NCBI RefSeq assembly: GCF_030013205.1
Contig: NZ_CP122648.1
Source: Escherichia coli
GTDB taxonomy: Bacteria > Pseudomonadota > Gammaproteobacteria > Enterobacterales > Enterobacteriaceae
Strand: one strand, 5' to 3'
Length of the DNA stretch: 64,000 bases
Shown here: piece after piece, positions 54,601-63,359 of the stretch
Position numbering within the stretch: the first letter of the stretch is position 1
Layout of the letters: the number at the start of each line of letters is the position of its first letter
Translations under genes and position numbers: made by a program
The notes under the pieces: model-generated
What the model was told of the DNA's origin: nothing
Databases searched by the model: none
The model's input: the letters and a program-made list of their open reading frames with translations, nothing else

Positions 54601-57393
54601 TTTGGAAAGCGAGTTGCGATAGGCTCTGGATTATTTAACCTAGATGGTGAGATTATCAAAGGTGTGCATTTAATCGAGAAATCGCAGATTAGCTCAAGAT
54701 TAATGACTTTGGTTAAACGGGTCGAGCACGAGGCTAAGTTATTACCGCGTATTTCTAGCTTGTTGGAAGAACATGCATCTTGGTTAGGTGAGCAAGGTGT
54801 ATTGATGCAATCTTACCGACAGGTGCGGAATACTCTCATTGCCTTGCAGGGATGGTTTATCAATCCAGATATATCATTAGAGCAGATGACTCATTCCTCC
54901 GAGATTTTGCAAAACATAAACGATCTTCAGATATCCCTTGAAAATGACTCGTTACAGTTAGGGGCGTTTTTACAATTAACCCCATTGGCTTGCGGTGCGT
55001 ATAAAAATAATCAACTGACGTTAGACACTATTAACGACACGCTGAATTTTGCCGAGCAACTGGTTGATAAGATAAATTGCGTATCCTTGGCTACCCAGAT
55101 CAGACATTTGGCTAGTGGTAGTGATTACGATTTACTATGTCGTGATGGTGGGGAAATAGTTTCGAAATGGAATGAACAGATTAAAAATGCTGAGTTATAT
55201 GCGCTAGAAACAAAGTTAGAGCGGAGTCAGTGGCTCAAGTCGACTGATGGTTCTCTTAATACATTAATCGAGCGCAACGAAAGAGCAATACAGCAACCCC
55301 GTTGGTTGAACGGGTGGGTTAACTTTATTCGTTGTTACGAGCAGATGGATGAAAACGGATTGCAGCGAATCTGGAGTGCTGTACTTGCGGGCTCGCTCCC
55401 GATTGAAAAAGTTGAATTGGGTTTAGCATTAGCAATTCATGACCAGCTGGCGCGGGAGGTTATTCACATCCACCCTGAATTGATGAGAGTTTCCGGCTCA
55501 CAGCGCAATGCTTTGCAGAAGTCATTTAAAGATTACGACAAAAAACTGATTGAATTACAACGTCAGCGGATTGCAGCAAAAATTGCTTGCCGAAATATAC
55601 CAGAAGGGAATTCTGGTGGTAAGAAAAGCGAATATACAGAACTAGCTTTGATCAAAAATGAGTTGGGTAAAAAAACCAGACATATTCCAATTAGACAATT
55701 GGTTAACCGTGCATGTAATGCGCTGGTTGCAATTAAACCTTGTTTCATGATGGGGCCAATGTCAGCAGCTCATTACCTAGAACCTGGACGAATGGAATTT
55801 GATCTGGTGGTGATGGACGAAGCGTCTCAGGTGAAGCCAGAGGATGCATTGGGTGTCATCGCGAGGGGCAAGCAACTAGTGGTCGTTGGTGACCCGAAAC
55901 AGCTACCACCAACCAGTTTCTTTGATCGAAGTGCCGACGGAGAAGATGACGATGATGCCGCGGCTTTAAGTGATACTGACAGCATTTTGGATGCTGCTTT
56001 GCCACTGTTTCCTATGAGACGTTTGCGTTGGCACTATCGTTCACGACATGAAAAGTTGATTGCATACTCTAACCGCCATTTTTATAACAGTGATTTGGTG
56101 ATATTCCCTTCCCCAAATGCTGAGTCTCCAGAGTATGGGATTAAATTTACCTATGTGTCAAAAGGTCGGTTCTCCAATCAACACAATATTGAAGAAGCCC
56201 AAGCAGTTGCTGAGGCCGTACTTCATCATGCGCAACACCGGCCGGGTGAGTCACTCGGGGTAGTGGCCATGAGTTCCAAGCAACGCGATCAAATTGAGCG
56301 CGCTATCGATGAATTGCGCCGAAATCGCCCTGAATTTAACGATGCAATCGATGGCTTATATGCCATGGAAGAGCCACTTTTTGTGAAAAACCTTGAGAAC
56401 GTTCAAGGGGATGAGCGTGATGTAATCTTTATTTCCTTTACCTATGGACCTTCTGAGCATGGTGGAAAGGTTTATCAACGCTTTGGACCTATCAATTCCG
56501 ATGTTGGCTGGCGTCGCTTGAATGTGCTTTTCACTCGATCAAAAAAACGGATGCATGTGTTTAGTTCAATGCGTTCTGAAGATGTATTGACGAGTGAAAC
56601 CAGTAAACTTGGTGTTATTTCGTTGAAAGGTTTTTTACAGTTTGCCGAAAGTGGCAAACTAGATTCCCTCACAACGCATACCGGCAGGGCTCCAGATAGT
56701 GACTTTGAGGTTGCTGTAATGGAAGCACTCAATCACGCTGGGTTTGAGTGTGAACCTCAGGTAGGGGTTGCAGGATTCTTTATTGATCTAGCTGTGAAAG
56801 ATCCAGGTTGTCCTGGCCGTTACTTAATGGGCATAGAGTGTGATGGTGCGGCTTATCACTCAGCTAAATCTGCTCGTGATCGTGACCGTTTGCGTCAAGA
56901 GGTTCTGGAGCGTTTGGGTTGGAGAATTAGCCGCATTTGGTCCACTGATTGGTTCAGTAATCCTGATGAGGTTCTATCTCCGATTATCCGTAAACTCCAT
57001 GAGCTTAAAACATTGGCTCCAGACGTTGTTGTACCTTCCTATGAATATGTAGAAACGATTGAGTCAAGCGCTGAAGTGGCGTCTGACTCAATTGATTCTC
57101 TTATGCCCAATTTGGGGCTTAAGGAGCAACTTAAGTATTTTGCCACACATGTCATTGAGGTTGAGCTTCCTAATGTTGATGCTGATCGTCGTTTGTTGCG
57201 GCCCGCAATGCTTGAGGCTTTGCTGGAACATCAGCCTTTATCACGTTCCGAGTTTGTTGAACGAATACCTCATTATCTGCGGCAAGCAACAGATGTATAC
57301 GAAGCGCAACGCTTTCTTGACCGAGTCTTGGCATTAATTGATGGCGCAGAGGCTGAAGCGAATGATGCAGCGTTTGAGTCTGAATTGGCATAA
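51658..57393 (+). CDS. Giant DUF4011-type SF1 (Upf1-like) helicase with C-terminal Vsr/DUF559-like endonuclease domain (Hhe-like architecture); candidate defence protein
   Basis: DUF4011-like signatures (LLDLTSRNRLLNF, ILYLALGFLEW), Walker A GPPGSGKS (52996-53019), motif II VVMDEASQ (55807-55830), motifs V/VI QGDERDVIFIS...RRLNVLFTRSKKRM, then GFFIDLAVKD...IECDGAAYHS...RDRDRLRQEVLERLGWRISRIW Vsr-like fold; ATG 51658 has GGAG 6 nt upstream (alternative ATG 51646). Confidence 0.85.
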   Translation: MSTVDTSIAEELNQGGSDFILTSLEAMRKKLLDLTSRNRLLNFPITQKGSSLRIVDELPEQLYETLCSEIPMEFAPVPDPTRAQLLEHGYLKVGPDGKDIQLRAHPSAKDWAHVLGIRTDFDLPDSHKTVVSDSDRELLEKAHQFILQYAQGQNGKLTGIRSEYVNQGIALSALKEACCLAGYEGLEDFERQAKAGNEISISSSNPSHDDNRIQALLYPNELEACLRAIYGKAQTALEESGANILYLALGFLEWYESDSSEKARYAPLFTIPVRCERGKLDPKDGLYKFQLYYTGEDILPNLSLKEKLQADFGLALPLFNEEETPESYFASVKKVVEQHKPKWSVKRYGALSLLNFGKMMMYLDLDPARWPCDKRNILSHEVIRRFFTSQSCGQENSGLPGGFGQHEYCIDSYPDIHDKVPLIDDADSSQHSALIDAIRGQNLVIEGPPGSGKSQTITNLIAAALLNGKKVLFVAEKMAALEVVKRRLDRAGLGQFCLELHSHKTHKRKVLDDINARLVSQATMPTMEEIDAQILRYEDLKQQLNEYAALINNQWAQTGKTIHQILSGATRYRHKLDIDATALHIENLSGKQLDKVTQLRLRDQIVEFSRIYKEVREQVGANAEIYEHPWSGVNNTQIQLFDSARIVDLLQTWQTSIIDFQHSYQEYVDKWALEGESLNTLQYIEQLVEDQSNLPVLCGSEHFPALSELDSPDAIARVRHYLDRFELLQGHYVALSQVIEPQKLRLLEQGQSCDFPREELEKYGAAEDFTLRDLVRWLESIQSIHDELSSIYAQLNDFKNALPDGIASYIDDSQAGLLFCSELLSILGALPTELIRVRDPLFDDDDIDAVLRDLMCQIETLRPLRDGLSTLYQLDQLPSQEMLAHAVAVIQQGGLFAWFKSDWRSAKALLMAQSRKPDTKFAELKRCSADLLKYSELLQRFEQSDFGNQLGNAFRGLDTDCEQLMLLRDWYKKVRACYGIGFGKRVAIGSGLFNLDGEIIKGVHLIEKSQISSRLMTLVKRVEHEAKLLPRISSLLEEHASWLGEQGVLMQSYRQVRNTLIALQGWFINPDISLEQMTHSSEILQNINDLQISLENDSLQLGAFLQLTPLACGAYKNNQLTLDTINDTLNFAEQLVDKINCVSLATQIRHLASGSDYDLLCRDGGEIVSKWNEQIKNAELYALETKLERSQWLKSTDGSLNTLIERNERAIQQPRWLNGWVNFIRCYEQMDENGLQRIWSAVLAGSLPIEKVELGLALAIHDQLAREVIHIHPELMRVSGSQRNALQKSFKDYDKKLIELQRQRIAAKIACRNIPEGNSGGKKSEYTELALIKNELGKKTRHIPIRQLVNRACNALVAIKPCFMMGPMSAAHYLEPGRMEFDLVVMDEASQVKPEDALGVIARGKQLVVVGDPKQLPPTSFFDRSADGEDDDDAAALSDTDSILDAALPLFPMRRLRWHYRSRHEKLIAYSNRHFYNSDLVIFPSPNAESPEYGIKFTYVSKGRFSNQHNIEEAQAVAEAVLHHAQHRPGESLGVVAMSSKQRDQIERAIDELRRNRPEFNDAIDGLYAMEEPLFVKNLENVQGDERDVIFISFTYGPSEHGGKVYQRFGPINSDVGWRRLNVLFTRSKKRMHVFSSMRSEDVLTSETSKLGVISLKGFLQFAESGKLDSLTTHTGRAPDSDFEVAVMEALNHAGFECEPQVGVAGFFIDLAVKDPGCPGRYLMGIECDGAAYHSAKSARDRDRLRQEVLERLGWRISRIWSTDWFSNPDEVLSPIIRKLHELKTLAPDVVVPSYEYVETIESSAEVASDSIDSLMPNLGLKEQLKYFATHVIEVELPNVDADRRLLRPAMLEALLEHQPLSRSEFVERIPHYLRQATDVYEAQRFLDRVLALIDGAEAEANDAAFESELA

Positions 57394-57415
57394 TTAGTTA
57401 AAGGTAATAAGAACA

Positions 57416-57586
57416 GTGACAACTGTCGGACAACGTGAACGCGCAACTCAACAGCGCGTAATCAGGTTTTTTATTGAGGAATTGGGCTATCGTTATCTAG
57501 GCGATTGGCACAAGCGTCCTAACAACCGTAATGTTGAGCCTGATTTGCTCAGTCATTGGTTGATTGACCGTGGTGTTGTGGACTGA
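57416..57586 (+). pseudogene. Small ORF with HsdR-N-like motif, 22 nt downstream of the giant gene; terminated at the IS3-family element boundary
   Basis: GTG start; VTTVGQRERATQQRVIRFFIEELGYRYLGDWHK... ; stop TGA coincides with first bases of the IS; possible continuation at 62297-62484. Confidence 0.35.
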
Positions 57587-57613
57587 CCCCACGCCCGTAG
57601 ACAAATTCTGTCC

Positions 57614-58061
57614 TCACGACGAGGCCTGTTCGAAGGCCTCCGGACTGACGCCGCCGAGGTGACTGTGGCGCCGGGCCCGGTTGTAGAACACTTCAATGTA
57701 ATCGAAGATATCCGCCCGGGCTAGATCCCGGGTTTTGTATATTCTCTTCCTGATGCGCTCTTTTTTCAGTGAACTGAAGAACGATTCGGCCACCGCATTA
57801 TCCCAGCAGTTGCCACGCCGGCTCATGCTCGGGACCAGGTTATTAGCCCGGCAGAAGTGCTGCCAGTCGTCACTGCCGTACTGGCTTCCCTGGTCTGAGT
57901 GCACGATGACCTCGCCGTCGGGTTTACGTCGCCAGACCGCCATCATCAGTGCATCCAGCGCCAGTTCGCGTGAGAGAGTGGGCTTCATCGACCAGCCCAC
58001 CACGTTACGGGCGAAGAGATCGATAACCACCGCCAGATACAGCCAGCCCTGCCAGGTGCGG
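57614..58061 (-). pseudogene. IS3-family transposase OrfB, C-terminal exon (downstream of intron)
   Basis: ...[26 protein letters not shown]...DDE integrase core...NRARRHSHLGGVSPEAFE. Confidence 0.7.
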
Positions 58062-60332
58062 AGTAGAGTAAGAGGCAGGGCGTAGTCGGACTATTTCCCT
58101 GCCTCTCCTCCCCGAACCGGACGTGCACCTTTCAGCGCATCCGGCTCTCCATTTAAATGCTGGCGAACGCCATTGCCACTTCTGTAAAGCGCGATGTATA
58201 CGTGTTTCTGGTCTCCGTCCTCAGATAGGGATTACCTTCGGGTAGCCGCCAGCGGAACAGCTTCTTGCCTTGCCCCACCAACCGGTACAGTATTTCGCCG
58301 CTGAGCTTGCCGTGATTGGTTTTACCAAATAAAACCCACGTTTTGCTCTGACCCGGTTTCGGTGATTTACACCACCACCTCATCAGGGAAGCGATACCTG
58401 TACGGTATTTGTGGGCCAGCCAGTGAGCCAGCTTCCAGAACACGACACGGTCGATATAACTGAAGACTTTGGCCTTAAAATCAACGAACTGATAGAACAT
58501 GGCCCAGCCTTTCAGTTTTCGGTTGAGTTGTTCAGCCATATCGACTTTGCTTTCACTGTAGTTGCCTGATAACAGTGCTGTCAGCGATGCGGCGAAGTTT
58601 CTGGCTTTCTCCTGCGGGATCGTTGAGACCACTCGCATCTCGCCATAACGACTGCGTTTGCGAATGATCCTGTGCCCCAGAAAGATAAAGCCGTCATTAA
58701 CATGGGTGATTTTAGTCTTATCCATGTTCAGCCTGAGTTTCAGACTGCCTTTGAGCACACCCCGACACTCCTCCCTGATGGCTTCCGCCTGTGCTTTGGT
58801 GCCTTTGACGATGAGGACAAAATCATCGGCATAGCGGCAGTACGCCACCGCGGGTTTCCACTGCCAGTTTTCTCTGACCGCCGTACTTCGGCCCCGTTGG
58901 ATACTGTTATTCCAGTACCACCGATCTTTTCTGGCTTTCCCGCTCAGGTAGCGCTCATGCAGGTATTGATCGAACTCATTCAGCATGATGTTCGATAATA
59001 GCGGCGATATAACACCGCCCTGTGGCACACCTTCACTGGCCGCCCGAAAGAGACCGACATCGATATGTCCCGCCTTGATGGTTTTCCACAGCAGAGTCAT
59101 GAAACGTGCGTCACTGATCCTGCGGCGTACAGCCTTCATCAGCAGTCGATGATGTACGGTGTCGAAGTAACTGGACAGGTCGCCTTCAATCACCCAGCGT
59201 CCCCGGGTTTCACCACAGTCTGTGAGCTGTAATTTCACCGTGCGGATCGCGTGGTGGACACTGCGCTCAGGCCGGAAGCCATATGAGAGCGTATGAAAAT
59301 CACTCTCCCATATCGGCTCCATCGCCATCAGCATGGCCCGCTGAACAATACGATCCCGCAACGCGGGGATACCCAGTGGTCGCAGTTTGCCGTTGCTTTT
59401 AGGGATGTAAACCCGTCTGGCGGGCAAGGGCTGGTAGTGGCCTGAGAGTAATTCATCCCTGAGGATTTGCAGCTCAACAGCCAGTCTGGCCTGTAGCATT
59501 GTTTTGTTCACGCCATCAACGCCGGGGGTATGGGCCCCCTTTGATGAAAGCGTGATCCGCGCCGCTTCAGCCAGCCATTCTGGTTGTGTTATCAGACGCA
59601 GCAGCCGTTGAATCCGTAGGGACGGATCGGTGGCTGCCCATGTGGCAAGCTTGCGTTGCATTTCGCTGATTATCAAAGGTCTTCACCTCGTTAGGTCAGT
59701 TAATTCACGTCGTAAACACATTCAAACTGCTTCCCTTCGCCATGTAATGGGCTTTCCCCATCGCGGACTACTACGGAAGCTCCGCCAGCCAGCGCGTCAT
59801 CGGAGCCATGCCCCCTTAACATCCGTCGCTGACCTTCCCCGGTTTACCTGCCTGGACTCAGGCATACTGAGGAGGCTGCCCGTCGCACTCTTTATCCTTG
59901 CTTGCCGCAAGTTGGCAGAAGTCAGCAACGCAAGCGTGATAGACGCTGCTGCCCCGGTGTTTCGCATACATGTCAAAACACCTTCGACCGGCAGTGCTTA
60001 CGTATCACTGCCAGTTCCTCCTGCACGGCCTGTCAGATCACGTAGGCCGTGGTGACGTTTTCAACCCACAGAGGCGGATTAACGGGTTCATGTTCTTCAG
60101 CCTTTCAGTACTTAACCTTGAGGATCATCTCGGCTTAGTGATCTCGCCTCAATCCCCGTTGTCAGCGGGTTACATCACCTTGCGGGCATGCCGCAGGTCA
60201 CTGCCGCTCAGGTTCTCCACCGTCACACCCGGTGGGATTGTTGGGTTTCTCATCGTGAGTTACCGGTTCAATATTCCAGACAGATTCGCGGTTCATTTAA
60301 GCATCCATGCCCGCCCTGAACTCCGGGCACAC
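58062..60332 (-). mobile_element. Bacterial group II intron (about 2.27 kb) inserted in IS3-family orfB
   Basis: 5' end GUGUG at the exon junction (minus strand), 3' end ...CUAC; domain V-like hairpin GAGCCGGATGCGCTGAAAGGTGCACGTCCGGTTC near 58100-58135; reverse-transcriptase ORF in domain IV. Confidence 0.75.
58153..59676 (-). CDS. Group II intron-encoded reverse transcriptase/maturase
   Basis: 507 aa; reverse-transcriptase motifs including YADD (YCRYADDFVLIV); maturase X-like C-terminus. Confidence 0.85.
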   Translation of the reverse strand: MIISEMQRKLATWAATDPSLRIQRLLRLITQPEWLAEAARITLSSKGAHTPGVDGVNKTMLQARLAVELQILRDELLSGHYQPLPARRVYIPKSNGKLRPLGIPALRDRIVQRAMLMAMEPIWESDFHTLSYGFRPERSVHHAIRTVKLQLTDCGETRGRWVIEGDLSSYFDTVHHRLLMKAVRRRISDARFMTLLWKTIKAGHIDVGLFRAASEGVPQGGVISPLLSNIMLNEFDQYLHERYLSGKARKDRWYWNNSIQRGRSTAVRENWQWKPAVAYCRYADDFVLIVKGTKAQAEAIREECRGVLKGSLKLRLNMDKTKITHVNDGFIFLGHRIIRKRSRYGEMRVVSTIPQEKARNFAASLTALLSGNYSESKVDMAEQLNRKLKGWAMFYQFVDFKAKVFSYIDRVVFWKLAHWLAHKYRTGIASLMRWWCKSPKPGQSKTWVLFGKTNHGKLSGEILYRLVGQGKKLFRWRLPEGNPYLRTETRNTYTSRFTEVAMAFASI

Positions 60333-60693
60333 TATAGGTCACATCACCGCACCACACCTGATTTGGCTCGGTCACGGCGAACTGCCGTTCAAGGTAGTTA
60401 GGGATAGCAACGTGCTCATGACCGCCACGCTTATACCGGTGAGTCGGCTGCTGGCAACTGACCAGTCCCAGCTCTTTCATGAGTCTGCCAGCAAGCCAGC
60501 GCCCCATCTGGTAGCCTCTCCGGGTTGCCATTGTGGCGATGCTTCTTGCTCCGGCAGAGCCGTGGCTGATGCCATGCAGTTCAAGTACCTGGCTGCGTAA
60601 TACAGCCCGTCTGCCGTCTGGCTTTTCAGGACGGTTTTTCCAGTATTTGTAGCTGCTGCGATGGACCCCGAACACATGGCAGAGAGTGGCCAC
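60333..60693 (-). pseudogene. IS3-family transposase OrfB, N-terminal exon (upstream of intron)
   Basis: ...[14 protein letters not shown] then intron; IS911-like. Confidence 0.7.
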
Positions 60694-60761
60694 AGGATAA
60701 CGCGCCCTGAGTTTCCCGATTATCGAGAACTGTTCAGGGAGTCTGACATCAAGAGCGCGGT

Positions 60762-61982
60762 TGTAGATTCAATTGGTCAACGCAACAGTTATGTGAAAAC
60801 ATGGGGTTGCGGAGTTTTTTTGAATGAGACGAACATTTACAGCAGAGGAAAAAGCCTCTGTTTTTGAACTATGGAAGAACGGAACAGGCTTCAGTGAAAT
60901 AGCGAATATCCTGGGTTCAAAACCCGGAACGATCTTCACTATGTTAAGGGATACTGGCGGCATAAAACCCCATGAGCGTAAGCGGGCTGTAGCTCACCTG
61001 ACACTGTCTGAGCGCGAGGAGATACGAGCTGGTTTGTCAGCCAAAATGAGCATTCGTGCGATAGCTACTGCGCTGAATCGCAGTCCTTCGACGATCTCAC
61101 GTGAAGTTCAGCGTAATCGGGGCAGACGCTATTACAAAGCTGTTGATGCTAATAACCGAGCCAACAGAATGGCGAAAAGGCCAAAACCGTGCTTACTGGA
61201 TCAAAATTTGCCATTGCGAAAGCTTGTTCTGGAAAAGCTGGAGATGAAATGGTCTCCAGAGCAAATATCAGGATGGTTAAGGCGAACAAAACCACGTCAA
61301 AAAACGCTGCGAATATCACCTGAGACAATTTATAAAACGCTGTACTTTCGTAGCCGTGAAGCGCTACACCACCTGAATATACAGCATCTGCGACGGTCGC
61401 ATAGCCTTCGCCATGGCAGGCGTCATACCCGCAAAGGCGAAAGAGGTACGATTAACATAGTGAACGGAACACCAATTCACGAACGCTCCCGAAATATCGA
61501 TAACAGACGCTCTCTGGGGCATTGGGAGGGCGATTTAGTCTCAGGTACAAAAAACTCTCATATAGCCACACTTGTAGACCGAAAATCACGTTATACGATC
61601 ATCCTTAGACTCAGGGGCAAAGATTCTGTCTCAGTAAATCAGGCTCTTACCGACAAATTCCTGAGTTTACCGTCAGAACTCAGAAAATCACTGACATGGG
61701 ACAGAGGAATGGAACTGGCCAGACATCTAGAATTTACTGTCAGCACCGGCGTTAAAGTTTACTTCTGCGATCCTCAGAGTCCTTGGCAGCGGGGAACAAA
61801 TGAGAACACAAATGGGCTAATTCGGCAGTACTTTCCTAAAAAGACATGTCTTGCCCAATATACTCAACATGAACTAGATCTGGTTGCTGCTCAGCTAAAC
61901 AACAGACCGAGAAAGACACTGAAGTTCAAAACACCGAAAGAGATAATTGAAAGGGGTGTTGCATTGACAGATTGAATCTACA
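60762..61982 (+). mobile_element. IS30 (1,221 bp) inserted into orfA of the IS3-family element
   Basis: Terminal inverted repeats TGTAGATTCAATTGGTCAACGCAACAG and ...ATTGAATCTACA; exact IS30 length. Confidence 0.85.
60824..61975 (+). CDS. insI: IS30 transposase
   Basis: 383 aa MRRTFTAEEKASVFELWKNGTGFSEIANILG... with DDE motif. Confidence 0.9.
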   Translation: MRRTFTAEEKASVFELWKNGTGFSEIANILGSKPGTIFTMLRDTGGIKPHERKRAVAHLTLSEREEIRAGLSAKMSIRAIATALNRSPSTISREVQRNRGRRYYKAVDANNRANRMAKRPKPCLLDQNLPLRKLVLEKLEMKWSPEQISGWLRRTKPRQKTLRISPETIYKTLYFRSREALHHLNIQHLRRSHSLRHGRRHTRKGERGTINIVNGTPIHERSRNIDNRRSLGHWEGDLVSGTKNSHIATLVDRKSRYTIILRLRGKDSVSVNQALTDKFLSLPSELRKSLTWDRGMELARHLEFTVSTGVKVYFCDPQSPWQRGTNENTNGLIRQYFPKKTCLAQYTQHELDLVAAQLNNRPRKTLKFKTPKEIIERGVALTD

Positions 61983-62239
61983 GCGGCTTTTTTTAATATG
62001 TCCCGTTCGTCGGTAACCCGTTTCAGCTCTTTCTGGAGACGGCGGATCTCGGCCTGAGCATCTGACTGTTCTTTATTAGTGGAAGAATCCGGACCGTACT
62101 TCTTTATCCAGGCATAAAGGCTGTGGGTGGTGATATCGAGACGTGTTGCAACGCTGGCAACAGAATAACCACGATCAACAACCTGTTTGACTGCTTCAGT
62201 TTTAAACTCTTCGGGATAACGCTTACCGCTCATGGGCAC
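61983..62239 (-). pseudogene. IS3-family transposase OrfA, interrupted near its 3' end by IS30
   Basis: MSGKRYPEEFKTEAVKQVVDRGYSVASVATRL (HTH)...DILKKAA then IS30; the remaining orfA codons ([13 protein letters not shown]) lie at 60723-60761. Confidence 0.7.
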
Positions 62240-62927
62240 CTCTCTTTAAGCCATCTTAAATGACTCTGAGGTGTCTGTTAAACCCGTGGCGATTCACGTA
62301 TCGCATTGGGCAAACTAAAGATGTGTATGTCTATTACCCAACTGTGAGAGATACTGAAATTACAACATTTGAAGAAACTCTGGATAACCTCCTACAACGC
62401 CGACGAGCATTGGCCAGAGATATGCTCTGCGCTACTCCCGATTTGAACTGTGCGGATTTTGAGACCATTTTGAAGGGAGCCTAACCGATATGAGCGGCAA
62501 TACTGCCAGTTGCCAAACCTGAAATAACACTTAGCTGTGATGATTCGCTATTACCTACCGATAGCTTCGGAAAACATAAATTAAAAATGCCCAGGGGAGT
62601 ACTATTATCGTTAGCATTACCCGAACGCCGTATTAACGGTTATTTATTGGTAAGTGCTACGTTCCATGGCAAGAGTTCATCAACACGGTTAGCCGACAGT
62701 ATATTGAGTATATGGCGCAGATATGCTTGCGGATTGATACCATTCAGACAGCAGGTCCCGCTCAGCCCGTACAGTAGAGCGCCGTTCACTACCGTAATCA
62801 CTGCCGAAAAACACATTGATTGCCCCTCAATAATCCTGCCGTCAACGTCAAAATTGCTGGTCGGGCTCGACTTATTTAATTGTGTAAACAGGGCCTCTCA
62901 GCGAAGGCCCTTATGCATCACCTGATG

Positions 62928-63359
62928 TTAAAAGTCACTACATCCAAGATGACGTTCAATGGCACCATGCGATTCAATGTAAGCCTGGGCCGTCTGTTCC
63001 AGTACACCAGGCTCAGCGTTGTATGTGTTAGCTGCATCAAATACCAACGACAACACTTCGGGATACACAACCAGATGTGTAACGGAGTTATCTTCATCCA
63101 ATACTTTTCCCCACGCCTGCTCAATTAGATTTCTGAGAACCACCACCTCACGACTCTTACACCAGACATCGTTATTAAGTAGCAGCACCATAAGATAAGG
63201 AGTGGCATCGTTAGCCACAGCTTCCCTACTCCAGAGGTAATATAAAGGGGTGGGCTCGACTGATTTATCTTTACGTCGCTTACACTGCAAATGTTCAGAA
63301 ATTAGTCTATGCAGTTCACCAGTAAAATCAACCATCAGAGAAGGAATTGCCTTATTCAT
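62928..63359 (-). CDS. Hypothetical protein (143 aa) abutting the IS1 end
   Basis: ORF only; no recognisable motif; start 15 nt from IS1 terminal inverted repeat. Confidence 0.3.
   Translation of the reverse strand: MNKAIPSLMVDFTGELHRLISEHLQCKRRKDKSVEPTPLYYLWSREAVANDATPYLMVLLLNNDVWCKSREVVVLRNLIEQAWGKVLDEDNSVTHLVVYPEVLSLVFDAANTYNAEPGVLEQTAQAYIESHGAIERHLGCSDF

Larger units (their letters stand above)
57584..62296 (-). mobile_element. IS3-family insertion sequence (IS911-like orfB), disrupted by a group II intron and by IS30 (nested composite)
   Basis: Imperfect terminal inverted repeats TGACCCCACGCC... (57584) and ...GGCGATTCA (62296); orfA and orfB fragments on minus strand; boundaries approximate. 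Confidence 0.6.

Noticed and set aside
51646-57393. Giant ORF considered as the missing HsdR of the second type I system
   Set aside because: HsdR enzymes are SF2 helicases of about 1,000-1,100 aa; this protein has Upf1-like SF1 motifs, DUF4011-like N-terminus and a Vsr-like C-terminus
60761-61984. Tried to define the 2-bp IS30 target duplication and the 3-bp IS3-family duplication
   Set aside because: Flanking bases do not give unambiguous direct repeats at the boundaries I could assign by eye; left unstated rather than guessed
62587-63128. Plus-strand ORFs 62587-62925 and 62880-63128
   Set aside because: Overlap each other and the more plausible minus-strand ORF; no motifs or ribosome-binding sites; treated as non-coding
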